DNA of 62,634 nucleotides, filler included. It is 9 parts of 9 records of this genome, joined end to end, with 100 filler letters (N's around TTAATTAATTAA, not from the genome) between each part and the next. Parts side by side here need not be neighbours in the genome. Positions count along the whole stretch, not along the records: positions 1 to 3,011 come from SRR20825010_7212; positions 3,112 to 9,187 come from SRR20825010_7213; positions 9,288 to 13,903 come from SRR20825010_7219; 6 more parts are not named here. The stretch is one strand, 5' to 3'. A program made the translations under genes and the position numbers. Below, piece by piece: positions 1-9,692 of the stretch (its first letter is position 1; each line of letters opens with the position of its first letter). The notes beneath the pieces were generated by a model, which was not told the origin of the DNA, made no database searches, and worked only from the letters and a program-made list of their open reading frames with translations.

Positions 1-1991
1 CCGGTATGGCGGCAATGGCTGCAGCCAACCGTGGACGCATAGGGCATGTCCGGATCGATCTCGATTCCCAGACGGGCCAGCCTGCCCGTGGAAACGCCTT
101 CGGCACGAAGGTTGGTCAGGATTTCCCGCCCCTCGACCGTCACGGCACAATGTTCGCAGTGAACGCGGACAAGCCGCTGCGCGATCACCAGCGACAGGGC
201 ATTGGCGATCAGGAACGGTTCCACTTTCATGTCCAGCAACCGGTTGACGACACCCGCTGCATCATTGGCGTGAATTGTGGAAAACACGAGATGACCGGTC
301 AGCGACGCCTGAACCGCCATCTGCGCCGTATCCTGGTCGCGGCACTCACCCACCATGATCACATCCGGATCCTGTCGCAGGATCGTGCGCAGACTGTTGG
401 CGAAGGTCATGCCCAGGCTCTCGTTGACCTGGGTCTGATGGACACCGCTGAGGCGATATTCCACCGGGTCTTCGACGGTCACGACATTGCGCGCGACGCG
501 GTCGATGGACGACAGGCACGAATACAGCGTTGTCGTCTTGCCGGACCCTGTCGGACCACTCAACATGATCATGCCATAGGGGGCACTGATCTTGTCGATC
601 AACAGTGACAGGTCATGGTCACTCAGCCCCAGGCTTTCCGGGCGCGGGCGCAGGGCGGATTCATCCAGCAGCCGCATCACGATCTTCTCACCCGTGACCG
701 TCGGCAACGTCGACACGCGAATATCGATGGGATGATTGCGGATCGTCACACTGATGCGACCGTCCTGCGGCAACCGGCGTTCCGCCACATCCAGGTTCGA
801 CAGCACCTTGATCCGGCTGATTACCGGGGCCTGCATCGCTGCGGGCAGGCGAAACTCCTCGTGCAGAACCCCGTCGACACGGCTGCGTACCACGACGCTG
901 TCACCCGTCGGCTCGATATGAATGTCAGAGGCGGAATGTTCGTGGGACCGATGCAGGATATAGTCGACAACGACGGGCACGTCCCACTCCGCCATGTCCG
1001 GCGCGCCATCCTTCTCGGTACCCCAGTTGATCTCGATCGGCACGAACATGCTGCTGTCGTTGGTGTCCGTGTCGGTGTTCAGCAGGCGATAGCGATCAAG
1101 ACCATCGACCAGAACTTCCGGCAAAAGCGCAACCGGCATCGGCATCTGCCCTTCGGACCGGCGCTGTATCCAGTCAGATACGGCAACATCAAAGGGATCA
1201 ACGGTCGCAAACCTGAACTCATCGGGATTATCCGGTTTCAGCGGTATGATCTCGAATCGCTCCGCCAGTTCCGGCGTCAGCCATTCCACGCGCTGCATCT
1301 GCGACAGCAGCCCGGACTTGTCCTGGATTAGGGTCGTTGCCGCACGCCTGGCCACCAGTTCGTAGATGGCGTGCATGTCGGTGACCTGCCTGTCACGGGC
1401 CAGCATCCTGAGAAAGCTCACCCCGGCATCCCGTGCCTTCAGGGAGATCGAGACGGCGCGACGTTCCTGCAGGACACCCTGCTCCACCAGCGACAGCGCA
1501 AGGTTGCGCAGGATACTGTTGCCCGTTGCCGTGGCTTTCAGGACAGACGCGGGATCCGGCGTGGAATCCGGGTCCGAAGCCTTCGTTTCAGGGGCTACAG
1601 CGGCGACAGCAGACGGGGCATCGACGGCGGCGTGCTCACCCTTGCCCCGCACGAACTCATCTGGTGTCACGAACGAGATAACGTCGTGGCCATAGCGGGC
1701 CGCGGCCTCTTCGAACAACCGATTGACCAGCGGATTGCCGCCATCCACCGCATGTCCCGACGGCGCGTCCCCGTCACTGACGACCTCGATTGGCCAGTCA
1801 GGGGATGTCAGCCGGGTTCCGTTATGTGTATCGAATGCGGTTTCGTCTTCACCTGCCACCAACGGGGCTGATGTGTGAAGGTTTTCGGATTGATCGCCAT
1901 CGGTCCCGGCGGCAGGCAGCACCGGAACTTCAGTGACCGGCATGACGGTTTCCATCGCATGACGGCCAACGTTTTGCCATTCAGTCTTCAT
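1..1991 (-). CDS. GspE/PilB-family (type II secretion/type IV pilus) assembly ATPase with long N-terminal extension; 3' end runs off the window
   Basis: Absent from the ORF track because it has no stop in the window; the + ORFs 6-608, 615-1331 and 1371-1871 are its antisense shadows. Manual translation gives ASDIHIEP, RVDGVL, ERRLPQDGRI, Walker A GPTGSGKTTTLY, TVEDPVEY, LRQDPDVIMVGECRD, ASLTGHLVFSTIH and the Zn knuckles CEHC/CSHC. Start is 1991 (overlaps the upstream stop) or 1955. Confidence 0.93.
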   Translation of the reverse strand, partial: MKTEWQNVGRHAMETVMPVTEVPVLPAAGTDGDQSENLHTSAPLVAGEDETAFDTHNGTRLTSPDWPIEVVSDGDAPSGHAVDGGNPLVNRLFEEAAARYGHDVISFVTPDEFVRGKGEHAAVDAPSAVAAVAPETKASDPDSTPDPASVLKATATGNSILRNLALSLVEQGVLQERRAVSISLKARDAGVSFLRMLARDRQVTDMHAIYELVARRAATTLIQDKSGLLSQMQRVEWLTPELAERFEIIPLKPDNPDEFRFATVDPFDVAVSDWIQRRSEGQMPMPVALLPEVLVDGLDRYRLLNTDTDTNDSSMFVPIEINWGTEKDGAPDMAEWDVPVVVDYILHRSHEHSASDIHIEPTGDSVVVRSRVDGVLHEEFRLPAAMQAPVISRIKVLSNLDVAERRLPQDGRISVTIRNHPIDIRVSTLPTVTGEKIVMRLLDESALRPRPESLGLSDHDLSLLIDKISAPYGMIMLSGPTGSGKTTTLYSCLSSIDRVARNVVTVEDPVEYRLSGVHQTQVNESLGMTFANSLRTILRQDPDVIMVGECRDQDTAQMAVQASLTGHLVFSTIHANDAAGVVNRLLDMKVEPFLIANALSLVIAQRLVRVHCEHCAVTVEGREILTNLRAEGVSTGRLARLGIEIDPDMPYASTVGCSHCRHT

Positions 1992-3011
1992 GGAATACCA
2001 CCCTGAACCCTATGTCTGCGCGGGCCTCGTCCTGGCCAGCATGATGGCGAAAAGGCACACGGCACGCTGATATGACACTTTCGTAACTGCCGCCGCGCAC
2101 CACCCGTGTGGTGCAGTTTTCGATCTGGACCAGCGGCTCCACGGCGCCATCGCGAAGCTGGCGGTACGGCTGTTCAGTGAATGCGTCACGGCACCATTCC
2201 CAGACGTTGCCGGACATGTCCCACAGACCAAGCGGGTTGCGGCCAGCCGGAAACGCCCTGACCGCCGACGTCGCCCCGGACATCATGTCCAGGTTGGCAT
2301 GATCGGTTGTCGGACTGTCGTTGCCCCAGGGGTACTCACAGGTCCGTCGTCCGGCACGCGCCGCGGCTTCCCACTGCGCTTCAGTCGGCAGTTCGCCCCT
2401 GGCCCAGTGCGCGAATGCCCGCGCTTCGGCCCAGGTCAGCATGACAACCGGGTGATCGCCGCGTCCGAAGACGGCATGATCCAGCATTGGCTGCGGACGG
2501 GTACCTGTTGCACGCACGTAGCCCAGATATTCGGCATTCGTGACCTGGGTCTCCGTGATGCGGAATGCGCGAAGGCCGATCTTGCGCATCGGCTTTTCGG
2601 ACCGGAAGGGGGATGTGGACGGGGATCCGATCACGTGCGTGCCCGCACGCACAAGAACGGCACACAGCCCCTTGTCTTCCCGATCCTCAGCCTCCCCATC
2701 GACCGCTGTGGTTTCAGCGCGGGCCTTGGCACTGATACGCAACGAATCGGCCACCTGCTTTGCTGTGGCTGGCCGGTGATCCGGCTCGACCTGCAACAGC
2801 TGCAGGATCAAGCGGTCCAGGGCGGCGGGAATGGCCGGATAGTGGGTGCTGGGGGGCTGGATGATCGTCTTTTCCCAGTCGATCAGACCAGGGCGGCGCG
2901 GGGCGTCTGGCCCCAGCGGATGAACTCCGCCTGTCAGCACTTCGTAGGAAATGACCCCCAGGCCGAAAAGGTCACTGCGGACATCGGCAAGACCGTTGAT
3001 CTGTTCCGGTG
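1981..3011 (-). CDS. Hanks-type Ser/Thr protein kinase fused to a C-terminal FGE-sulfatase (SUMF1) domain; 5' truncated
   Basis: Frame is open to the contig edge: PEQINGLADVRSDLFGLGVISYEVLTG (kinase subdomains VIII-IX) and LLQVEPDHRP (XI). FGE motifs follow: TQVTNAEY, HPVVMLTWAEA, LPTEAQWEAAAR, NPLGLWDMSGNVWEWC, RGGSY, IGFRV. Confidence 0.9.
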
Positions 3012-3111
3012 NNNNNNNNNNNNNNNNNNNNNNNNNNNNNNNNNNNNNNNNNNNNTTAATTAATTAANNNNNNNNNNNNNNNNNNNNNNNNNNNNNNNNN
3101 NNNNNNNNNNN
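3012..3111. other. Artificial contig spacer
   Basis: N-run + TTAATTAATTAA + N-run, 100 nt. Confidence 0.99.
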
Positions 3112-3478
3112 GCGAGTAGCGCATGCCCTTTTCGCCACCGATCGCGATGACAGAGCCCATCGAGGCCGCCAGACCGCACACCAGTGTCGACACCTTGGGT
3201 TTGATGTATTGCATCGTGTCGTAGATCGACAGGCCCGCCACAACCGATCCGCCGGGCGAGTTGATGTACATCGAAATCTCTTTGGACGGGTTTTCCGCCT
3301 CAAGGTGCAGCAATTGTGCCACCACCAGAGAGGACATGCCGTCATGGACCGGGCCGTTGACGAAAATGATCCGTTCCTTCAGCAGTCGGGAAAAGATGTC
3401 ATAGGCGCGTTCCCCGCGGCTGGTCTGTTCCACAACCATGGGAACGAGGTTCATGTATGTCTCAATGGGATCTGTCAT
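3112..3478 (-). CDS. clpP: ATP-dependent Clp protease proteolytic subunit; 3' truncated
   Basis: [36 protein letters not shown], catalytic AASMG. Confidence 0.97.
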
Positions 3479-3726
3479 TTCGGCCTGCCTGCAACTGCTG
3501 TCAAAGATGTAACGCCTGAGTGTTACCTGAGTCTTAGTATTGCCCTTGGGGGGCTGCAAGGGGCGCAGGCCAAAACGGATTGGACGCGGGGGGTGGTGTC
3601 GGGTCGCTTTCGCGGCGCGGCCTCTTGCGGTTTCGGGGGTCTGGTGGGGGTTTCGGGGTGAGCGATTTAGATAGCAATGCGCGGGGACCATTCAAGACCC
3701 TTCCGCGCGCCGGGATGCAGCGCGGG

Positions 3727-4641
3727 TCAGTGACCGATGCGGCGCGCGTCCACGCAGATGTGCGCGGCGCATTCCATTTCCAGCGTGACATGGGTCAGCC
3801 CATGCGCTGCGGCCAGCTGGGTCTTGACCTCTGTCTTGATCGCGTCGGCGCGGTCCCATGCGCCGGTCTCGATCACCAGATGCGCCTGCAGGGCCGAGGC
3901 ATGTTCGTCCATCTGCCACAGGTGGGCGTGGTGCAGGCTTTGCACGCCGTCCACGGATTCGGCGGTGTGCAGGACCTGTTCGGGGGCTATGCGCGGCGGA
4001 GTGCCCAGCATCAGGATGCGGATGACGCCGCCGATTTCGGACCATGCCATCCACAGGATATAGCCCGCGATCAGCAGGGTGATGGCCGGGTCGACCCATG
4101 TCCAGCCAAAGGCCCAGATCAGCGCCCCCGCCACGATCACCGCGACCGATCCCATCGCATCGGCGAGGTTGTGCAAAAAGGCGGCGCGGATGTTCACGCT
4201 GTCCTGCGCCATGCGGTAGGTCAGCGCGGCGGTCACAAGGTCGATCACCAGAGCCACCGCGGCGATGACGATAATCAGCCAGCCGATCACCTCTTGCGGC
4301 TGAAAGAAGCGCATCACCGCCTCGTAGATCAGGTAGAGGCCGATCACGATGAGGGTGGTCAGATTGATCAGCGCGGCCACCACCTCGGCCCGGCCATAGC
4401 CAAAGGTCATGCCCGCATCCGCCGGGCGGCGGGCGATGCGGCGGGCCCATGCGGCAATGATCAGGCTGGCCGCGTCCGAGAAGTTGTGCAGCGCGTCGGC
4501 GATCATCGCAAGCGAGCCGGACAGCACACCGCCAATGACCTGCGCGACCGTGAGCAACAGGTTCACCCCGACGGCGGCGGCCATGCGGGCATCCCCGGCC
4601 TCGGGGTCGACGTGGTGATGGTGGTGGTGTCCGTGTGGCAT
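3727..4641 (-). CDS. Cation diffusion facilitator (CzcD/ZitB-like) metal exporter
   Basis: His-rich N-terminus, SLAMIADALHNFSD, TFGYGRAE, AAFLHNLAD, HVTLEME. Confidence 0.92.
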   Translation of the reverse strand: MPHGHHHHHHVDPEAGDARMAAAVGVNLLLTVAQVIGGVLSGSLAMIADALHNFSDAASLIIAAWARRIARRPADAGMTFGYGRAEVVAALINLTTLIVIGLYLIYEAVMRFFQPQEVIGWLIIVIAAVALVIDLVTAALTYRMAQDSVNIRAAFLHNLADAMGSVAVIVAGALIWAFGWTWVDPAITLLIAGYILWMAWSEIGGVIRILMLGTPPRIAPEQVLHTAESVDGVQSLHHAHLWQMDEHASALQAHLVIETGAWDRADAIKTEVKTQLAAAHGLTHVTLEMECAAHICVDARRIGH

Positions 4642-4778
4642 GGGCCGAGGAAGCGCCCGTTTTCAGGCAGGGTCAAGGGAGCCCCGCCCGCCCGCGACCG
4701 GGGGTCGCGCGAAACCGCCGAAATCTGGTCCGCCACGCGGAATGCGCGGCGGACCCTGTTTTGCAGACGTGTCTGCCC

Positions 4779-6044
4779 TTAGCCAAACATGTCCGAGGTG
4801 ATGCCCGCGTACCAGCCGATGCTTTCCTCATAGGTCGCCTTGCGCATCGCCGCATCCTCACCTGTCTGGCTGACAAAGCTGGAAACCGATGCGATCTTTT
4901 CATCCGTCGCCTCGTAGGCGGCGCCAACCTTGACGCCGTCATCGGTGGCGATCAGCGACCAGCAGGTGTTGGAGTACTTGGCCGGGAAGACGCGGCTGCC
5001 GGTCAGAGCGCCGCGCACCGCCATGGCCGCGACCTTGGCCTGTGAATTGGCGGAAAAACCGGATTTCGGCATGTCGCCCTGATTGGTCGCATCGCCAAGG
5101 ATGTAGATGTTCTCATCCAGTCGCGATTGCATGGTGTGACCGTTGACCGGCGCCCAGTTGCCATCGGTCAGATCGGCAGCAGCGCAGATCATGCCCGCCT
5201 TTTGCGCCGGGATGACGTTGCAGACATCCGCCTTGACCACCTCTCCGTCGATGTCGACCTCCATCGTGTCGGGATTCACCGTGACGTTGCCGCCACCGAA
5301 ATCCGGGCCGATGCGGGTGATCATGCCGCCGTAGTGCTTTTGCCAGCCCTCTTCGAACAACGCCTGTTTGGAAAAGCCCTCTTTCGGGTCGGCGATGAGG
5401 ATCTTGGCGGTGGGATTGGTGGCCTTCAGCACATGGGCGACCATCGAGATCCGCTCATACGGGCCGGGCGGGCAGCGGTAGGGATTGGGCGGGGCGACCA
5501 TGACATATGTGCCGCCCTCTGGCATCGCCTCGATCTGCGCCTTGAGCAACGCAGTCTGGGTTCCGGCCTTGTAGGCGTGCGGCATTGCGGTCTGCGCAGA
5601 GACGTCCCAACCCGGCACAGCGCTGTCGACAAAGTCGATGCCCGGCGAGATCACCAGCCGGTCATAGGGCACGCTGCCGCCCCCGGCCAGTGCCACGGTT
5701 TTTGCGTCCCGGTCTACGCCCACAGCCCAGTCATGAACGACATTGACGCCGTAGTCTGAGGCAAGCTTGGCATAGTTGTGGGCGATGCTTTGCAGATCGC
5801 GAAAGCCGCCGATGTAGAGGTTGGAGAAAAAGCAGGTGTAATAGCTGCGCGAGGGTTCGATCAAGGTGACATCGATCTCACCGTTGCTGTCCTTGGCGAT
5901 ATAGCGGGCCGCGGTCGCGCCCCCTGCCCCGCCGCCGATCACAACCGCGCGCGGGCGTGCATGGCTGGCGGCCTGCACCATCGGTGCTGTCAGCGACGTG
6001 GCGGCAACAGCGGTTCCCAGAAATGTGCGTCTGTTAAATGTCAT
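4779..6044 (-). CDS. soxF: Flavocytochrome c sulfide dehydrogenase flavoprotein subunit (SoxF/FccB)
   Basis: Tat signal FNRRTFLG, FAD-binding VIGGGAGG, YRCPPGPYER, MPKSGFSANSQ, NTCWS; lies downstream of soxCDE. Confidence 0.92.
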   Translation of the reverse strand: MTFNRRTFLGTAVAATSLTAPMVQAASHARPRAVVIGGGAGGATAARYIAKDSNGEIDVTLIEPSRSYYTCFFSNLYIGGFRDLQSIAHNYAKLASDYGVNVVHDWAVGVDRDAKTVALAGGGSVPYDRLVISPGIDFVDSAVPGWDVSAQTAMPHAYKAGTQTALLKAQIEAMPEGGTYVMVAPPNPYRCPPGPYERISMVAHVLKATNPTAKILIADPKEGFSKQALFEEGWQKHYGGMITRIGPDFGGGNVTVNPDTMEVDIDGEVVKADVCNVIPAQKAGMICAAADLTDGNWAPVNGHTMQSRLDENIYILGDATNQGDMPKSGFSANSQAKVAAMAVRGALTGSRVFPAKYSNTCWSLIATDDGVKVGAAYEATDEKIASVSSFVSQTGEDAAMRKATYEESIGWYAGITSDMFG

Positions 6045-6134
6045 GTCCGTACTCCTCCTTATTGGACAGGTCTCTTGGTGCGCCCCCCTTTCGGGGTCGA
6101 AAATCGAACGCACGGAAGGCTTTTCCAAACCCAC

Positions 6135-6167
6135 AAAAAACCCCGCGCGGCACGGGGCTGCGCGGGG
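6135..6167 (-). terminator. Probable intrinsic terminator upstream of soxF
   Basis: 11-bp GC-rich stem with one mismatch (6141-6151/6157-6167), followed by T6 on the minus strand. Confidence 0.6.
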
Positions 6168-6216
6168 CGACGTGGTGTCAGAAAAGGTCTTTGGGGCACG
6201 ATATGGCCCGGCGGCA

Positions 6217-6300
6217 TCAAGTCGGCAGGAGGCCGAAAAACGCCGCCAGCGCCAGCAAAGCGCCCAACATCAGTATCCGGGTGGCGAAAGGCATCCGCAT
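6217..6300 (-). CDS. Possible 27-aa hydrophobic small protein
   Basis: MRMPFATRILMLGALLALAAFFGLLPT*, with GGATGG upstream and the same orientation as the sox genes; below the ORF-track cutoff. Confidence 0.35.
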   Translation of the reverse strand: MRMPFATRILMLGALLALAAFFGLLPT

Positions 6301-6449
6301 GAAATCCATCCAAACTGGCCGGGGCAGCCCCGGCGGAACGCAAACACGCAGGGGCAAAAATCGACCCGCTGCGGCGGGACTGTCTGCCCCGCGCGATCAC
6401 TGTCCTATCTGGGTGGCTTTTGCTCAATTGCGGAATACCTGACCCCCTG

Positions 6450-7166
6450 TCATTCGATGGTTGCGAAATAGGCCGCCAGAGCGGCGATTTCCTCATCCGA
6501 CAAGCGTCCGGCCATCATCTGCATCACCGGATGCACCCGCAGTTTACGCTTGTACGCGTGCATTGCGATAACGAAATCCTCTTCCGGCCATTTGACGATC
6601 GAGGGGATGCCGTCATCGCTGCCGTCACGTTTGTGGCAGGTCAGGCATTCCGAAGCGAGGTATTCGCCATAGGCCACGTCGCCCACGATAGCGAGGATGT
6701 CGGGCGACAGGTCTACCTCACGCGCGATGGCGGTGGGCGCTGCCTCTGGAATATCCTGCGGATTGGCGGAGAACTGGCGCAGGTAGGCCAGCACATCATG
6801 GCGGTCCTGTTCGTTCTTGATGCCCCGGAACGACATACGCGTGCCAGACAACAGAACACGCGGGTTTTCTATATAGGCGTCAAGGTATTGGTAGGTCCAC
6901 GTCAAGCCGTCGCCAGAGGCGCGTTCCATGGATCTGGAGTAGTCGAACCCCTCCAGGCTGCCGGCCCGGCGGCCAAAGATCCCGTTGAGATGCGGGCCGA
7001 TGCGGTTCTGCGCCTCTGGTCCGATCTGGTGGCAACCAGAGCATTGCGCAAACAGTTTTGCCCCACGCTCGGCATCGCCGATCAGCTGGGCCTCTTCCTC
7101 TGCGGTGGCTGGCCCCACGAGGGGGGCCAGCGCGACGAGGGCCGTTGTTATCAGCCGCTTCATCAT
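6450..7166 (-). CDS. soxE: Diheme c-type cytochrome SoxE
   Basis: Signal peptide, CSGCH and CLTCH; positioned between soxD and soxF. Confidence 0.88.
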   Translation of the reverse strand: MMKRLITTALVALAPLVGPATAEEEAQLIGDAERGAKLFAQCSGCHQIGPEAQNRIGPHLNGIFGRRAGSLEGFDYSRSMERASGDGLTWTYQYLDAYIENPRVLLSGTRMSFRGIKNEQDRHDVLAYLRQFSANPQDIPEAAPTAIAREVDLSPDILAIVGDVAYGEYLASECLTCHKRDGSDDGIPSIVKWPEEDFVIAMHAYKRKLRVHPVMQMMAGRLSDEEIAALAAYFATIE

Positions 7167-7175
7167 CTGTGTGCC

Positions 7176-8441
7176 TTAGTCAGAGACGGACTTGAGGTAG
7201 GCGATCATTGCCGCGATCTCTTCATCCTTTTTGAGACCGGCAAAGGCCATCTTGGTGCCTTTCACCGCGCTGCGCGGATTGGCAAGGAAAGCGCCCAGAA
7301 TGTCTTCGTCCCAGGTGCCGCCCATGTCCGCCATGGTTCTGGAGTATTTGAACCCCTCGATTGCGCCGATGTCGCGGCCCACCACTCCTGTCAGCTGCGG
7401 ACCGACGCGGTTCTTGGCCCCCTCGCCGATCTGGTGACAGGCCTTGCATTTTCCGAACAGCTTTTCACCAGCGGCGACCAGTTCGGGATCAAGTGTGTCC
7501 TCAGCCGGGGCGGCGGCGGGGTCGGCGGCTGGCTCTGCTTCCGGCTCTGGGTCGACGGCGGCCACCTCTGCCGGGGCGGCAGCGGGGGCTGGGTCAACGG
7601 CGGGCTCTGTGCCCTCTTCGTCGGGGGTCACGTCCAGCACAGTGGCGCGCATGGTGATTTCGACGCTGTCCTTGCAGTTTTCCATGCAAGGCTCTGTCCG
7701 CCAGATCGAATATTCCGTCTCTGCCCGGTCATCGACGATAAAGCCGTCGGCGTTGGGCAGCGTGATCGTCGGCAGGGTTTCGTTGGAGACCTCGAATTCA
7801 TCGTCGATGATGTCGTTGGAATAGAGGATATAAGCCACGATGGCATAGACATCGTCGTCCGACAGGGTCTGCGCCGCGCCAAAGGGCATGGAGCGGTGGA
7901 CATAATCCCAGATCGTCGAAGTATAGGGCCAGTAAGAGCCCACGGTTTTCAGCGGGTCGTCGTCGGCCAGCGTGCCGTCGCCCCCGGCCAGTTTCGGCCA
8001 GTTACCAACACCCTCGGCGAAAGAACCGTGGCAGGCGGCGCAGTTGTCCTCGAACAGCGGTTCGCCGTTGAGTGCGTTGCCGGTGCCGACCGGCAGGCCG
8101 GTGCCATCGGGGCTGACGTCCACGTCCCACGCGGCAATTTCTTCCGCCAGCGCCTCACGGCCAAGGCCAAAGCGCAGGCCGGTGCTGTCGCCATTGTCGG
8201 CGTGGGCGGCCGCCACGATGCCGCCATCCAGCGGCGCCGGGTCCGCCGCGTCCGGGACGTCCGGGGCAGCAGCGGTCTGCACCGGGGCCACAGGCTCGGG
8301 GATGGGGGCGGGCAGGTCTGCGAGAACCTGCGGATTGCTGGGATAGCCCGCGATATTGCGGTCGGCGAAGTTATACGCGCCCACCAGCATCAGGCCGATG
8401 CCGACGGCGACGCCGCCGTAGAGTTTAAGAGACTTCGACAT
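7176..8441 (-). CDS. soxD: Sulfane dehydrogenase diheme cytochrome c subunit SoxD
   Basis: FGLGREALAEEIAAWDVDVSPDGTGLP, CAACHG, KTVGSYWPY, second heme CKACH; ATG at 8441 overlaps the soxC end. Confidence 0.93.
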   Translation of the reverse strand: MSKSLKLYGGVAVGIGLMLVGAYNFADRNIAGYPSNPQVLADLPAPIPEPVAPVQTAAAPDVPDAADPAPLDGGIVAAAHADNGDSTGLRFGLGREALAEEIAAWDVDVSPDGTGLPVGTGNALNGEPLFEDNCAACHGSFAEGVGNWPKLAGGDGTLADDDPLKTVGSYWPYTSTIWDYVHRSMPFGAAQTLSDDDVYAIVAYILYSNDIIDDEFEVSNETLPTITLPNADGFIVDDRAETEYSIWRTEPCMENCKDSVEITMRATVLDVTPDEEGTEPAVDPAPAAAPAEVAAVDPEPEAEPAADPAAAPAEDTLDPELVAAGEKLFGKCKACHQIGEGAKNRVGPQLTGVVGRDIGAIEGFKYSRTMADMGGTWDEDILGAFLANPRSAVKGTKMAFAGLKKDEEIAAMIAYLKSVSD

Positions 8442-9187
8442 TTTCGGCCTCCCCATTGGCTTTGACGTGCCATGTCTGGATGCAGTTGTTGTGATAGATC
8501 GAGTTCAGCCCGCGCACATCGCGCAGTTGCGCCTTGGTCGGCTGGACATAGCCGGTCTCATCCATCGCGCGGGACTGGATCAGCATGTCTTCGCCGTTCC
8601 ATGTGGTGTCGAGGTAGAAGCGGGTCAGGGCCTTGTCCTCGCCCGGGGCCGCCAGACGGGCGGTTTCCCATGTGATGCCGCCGTCCTTCGACACATCGAC
8701 TCGGGTGATCTTGCCGTGGCCGGACCACGCCATGCCCGTGATGACCAGCGGGCCGTGACCGTGCGTGATGGGTGCCTGTGGGCTGGGCGAGGTGATGACG
8801 GACTTGGCGTCCATGACCCAGGTCCACTTGCGCGAGGTGCCATCCTCCAGCGTGTCGGTGTATTTCGACGTTTCTTCGCGGCTCTCGACCGGGCCATCCA
8901 TGACCTCGATCCTGCGCAGCCATTTGACCCACATGTTGCCTTCCCAGCCGGGGACGACAAGGCGGACGGGGTAACCGTGCTCCTTGCGCAGCGCCTCACC
9001 ATTGGCCTTGAAGGCGACCAGAACGTCGTCCATCGCCTTTTCCATCGGGATCGAACGACCGTTGGAGGAGGCATCCGCACCCTCGACGTAGACCCACTTG
9101 TCCTTGAAGTCGCCCGCAGCCTCCAGACCGGCCTCTGCCAGCAAGGTGCGCAGCGGGACGCCGGTGTATTCCATGTTGTGGATCATG
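8425..9187 (-). CDS. soxC: Sulfane dehydrogenase molybdoprotein subunit SoxC; 5' truncated
   Basis: EHGYPVRLVVPGWEGNMWVKWLRRI, SREETSKYTD, SIYHNNCIQTW. Confidence 0.95.
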
Positions 9188-9287
9188 NNNNNNNNNNNNN
9201 NNNNNNNNNNNNNNNNNNNNNNNNNNNNNNNTTAATTAATTAANNNNNNNNNNNNNNNNNNNNNNNNNNNNNNNNNNNNNNNNNNNN
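9188..9287. other. Artificial contig spacer
   Basis: N-run + TTAATTAATTAA + N-run. Confidence 0.99.
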
Positions 9288-9680
9288 ACCTGATGCCATG
9301 TCCCTTGCTCCTATCTGAAGTGGGATAAGGAAATTACTGAAAGTGCCACTTAAGCCGGCCGTCAATACAAAGAACACCATGATAGTACCGTGCATGGTAA
9401 CTAAGGCCAAGTAGAATTCCGAATCGAGCTTTCCTGCCTCAGTAACCCATTTACCCAGAATTGGCTTTAACCACATCAAGTCCATATCCGGAAAACCAAG
9501 CTGCAGACGGAAAATAACCGATAATGCACCTCCTATTATTGCCCAGAAAATACCTGTAATCAGAAATTGCTTTCCAATCGTTTTGTGATCTGTACTAAAA
9601 ATGTATCTATCAATGAAGCTTAATTCATGATGGTCATCATGATGCACTTCTTCTTCTACGTGGATGTCTGCTACTGACAT
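9288..9680 (-). CDS. ctaD: Cytochrome c oxidase subunit I; 3' truncated
   Basis: FSTDHKTIG, VTMHGTIMVFF, IPLQIGARDMA. Confidence 0.95.
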
Positions 9681-9692
9681 ATTTTAATGCTT

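Noticed and set aside
6..1871. Long + strand ORFs 6-608, 615-1331 and 1371-1871
   Set aside because: They are in-register antisense shadows of the minus-strand GspE/PilB ATPase.
1981..2130. FGE-sulfatase C-terminus as a diversity-generating retroelement variable region
   Set aside because: The fold is a common DGR target, but there is no template repeat or reverse transcriptase in the contig. The contig is truncated, so this cannot be fully excluded.
6420..8465. 681-aa + strand ORF; likewise 3580-4782 (+), 42434-43612 (-) and 59528-61096 (-)
   Set aside because: Antisense shadows of well-supported genes (soxDE, the CDF transporter, the MCP, infB) in GC-rich DNA.
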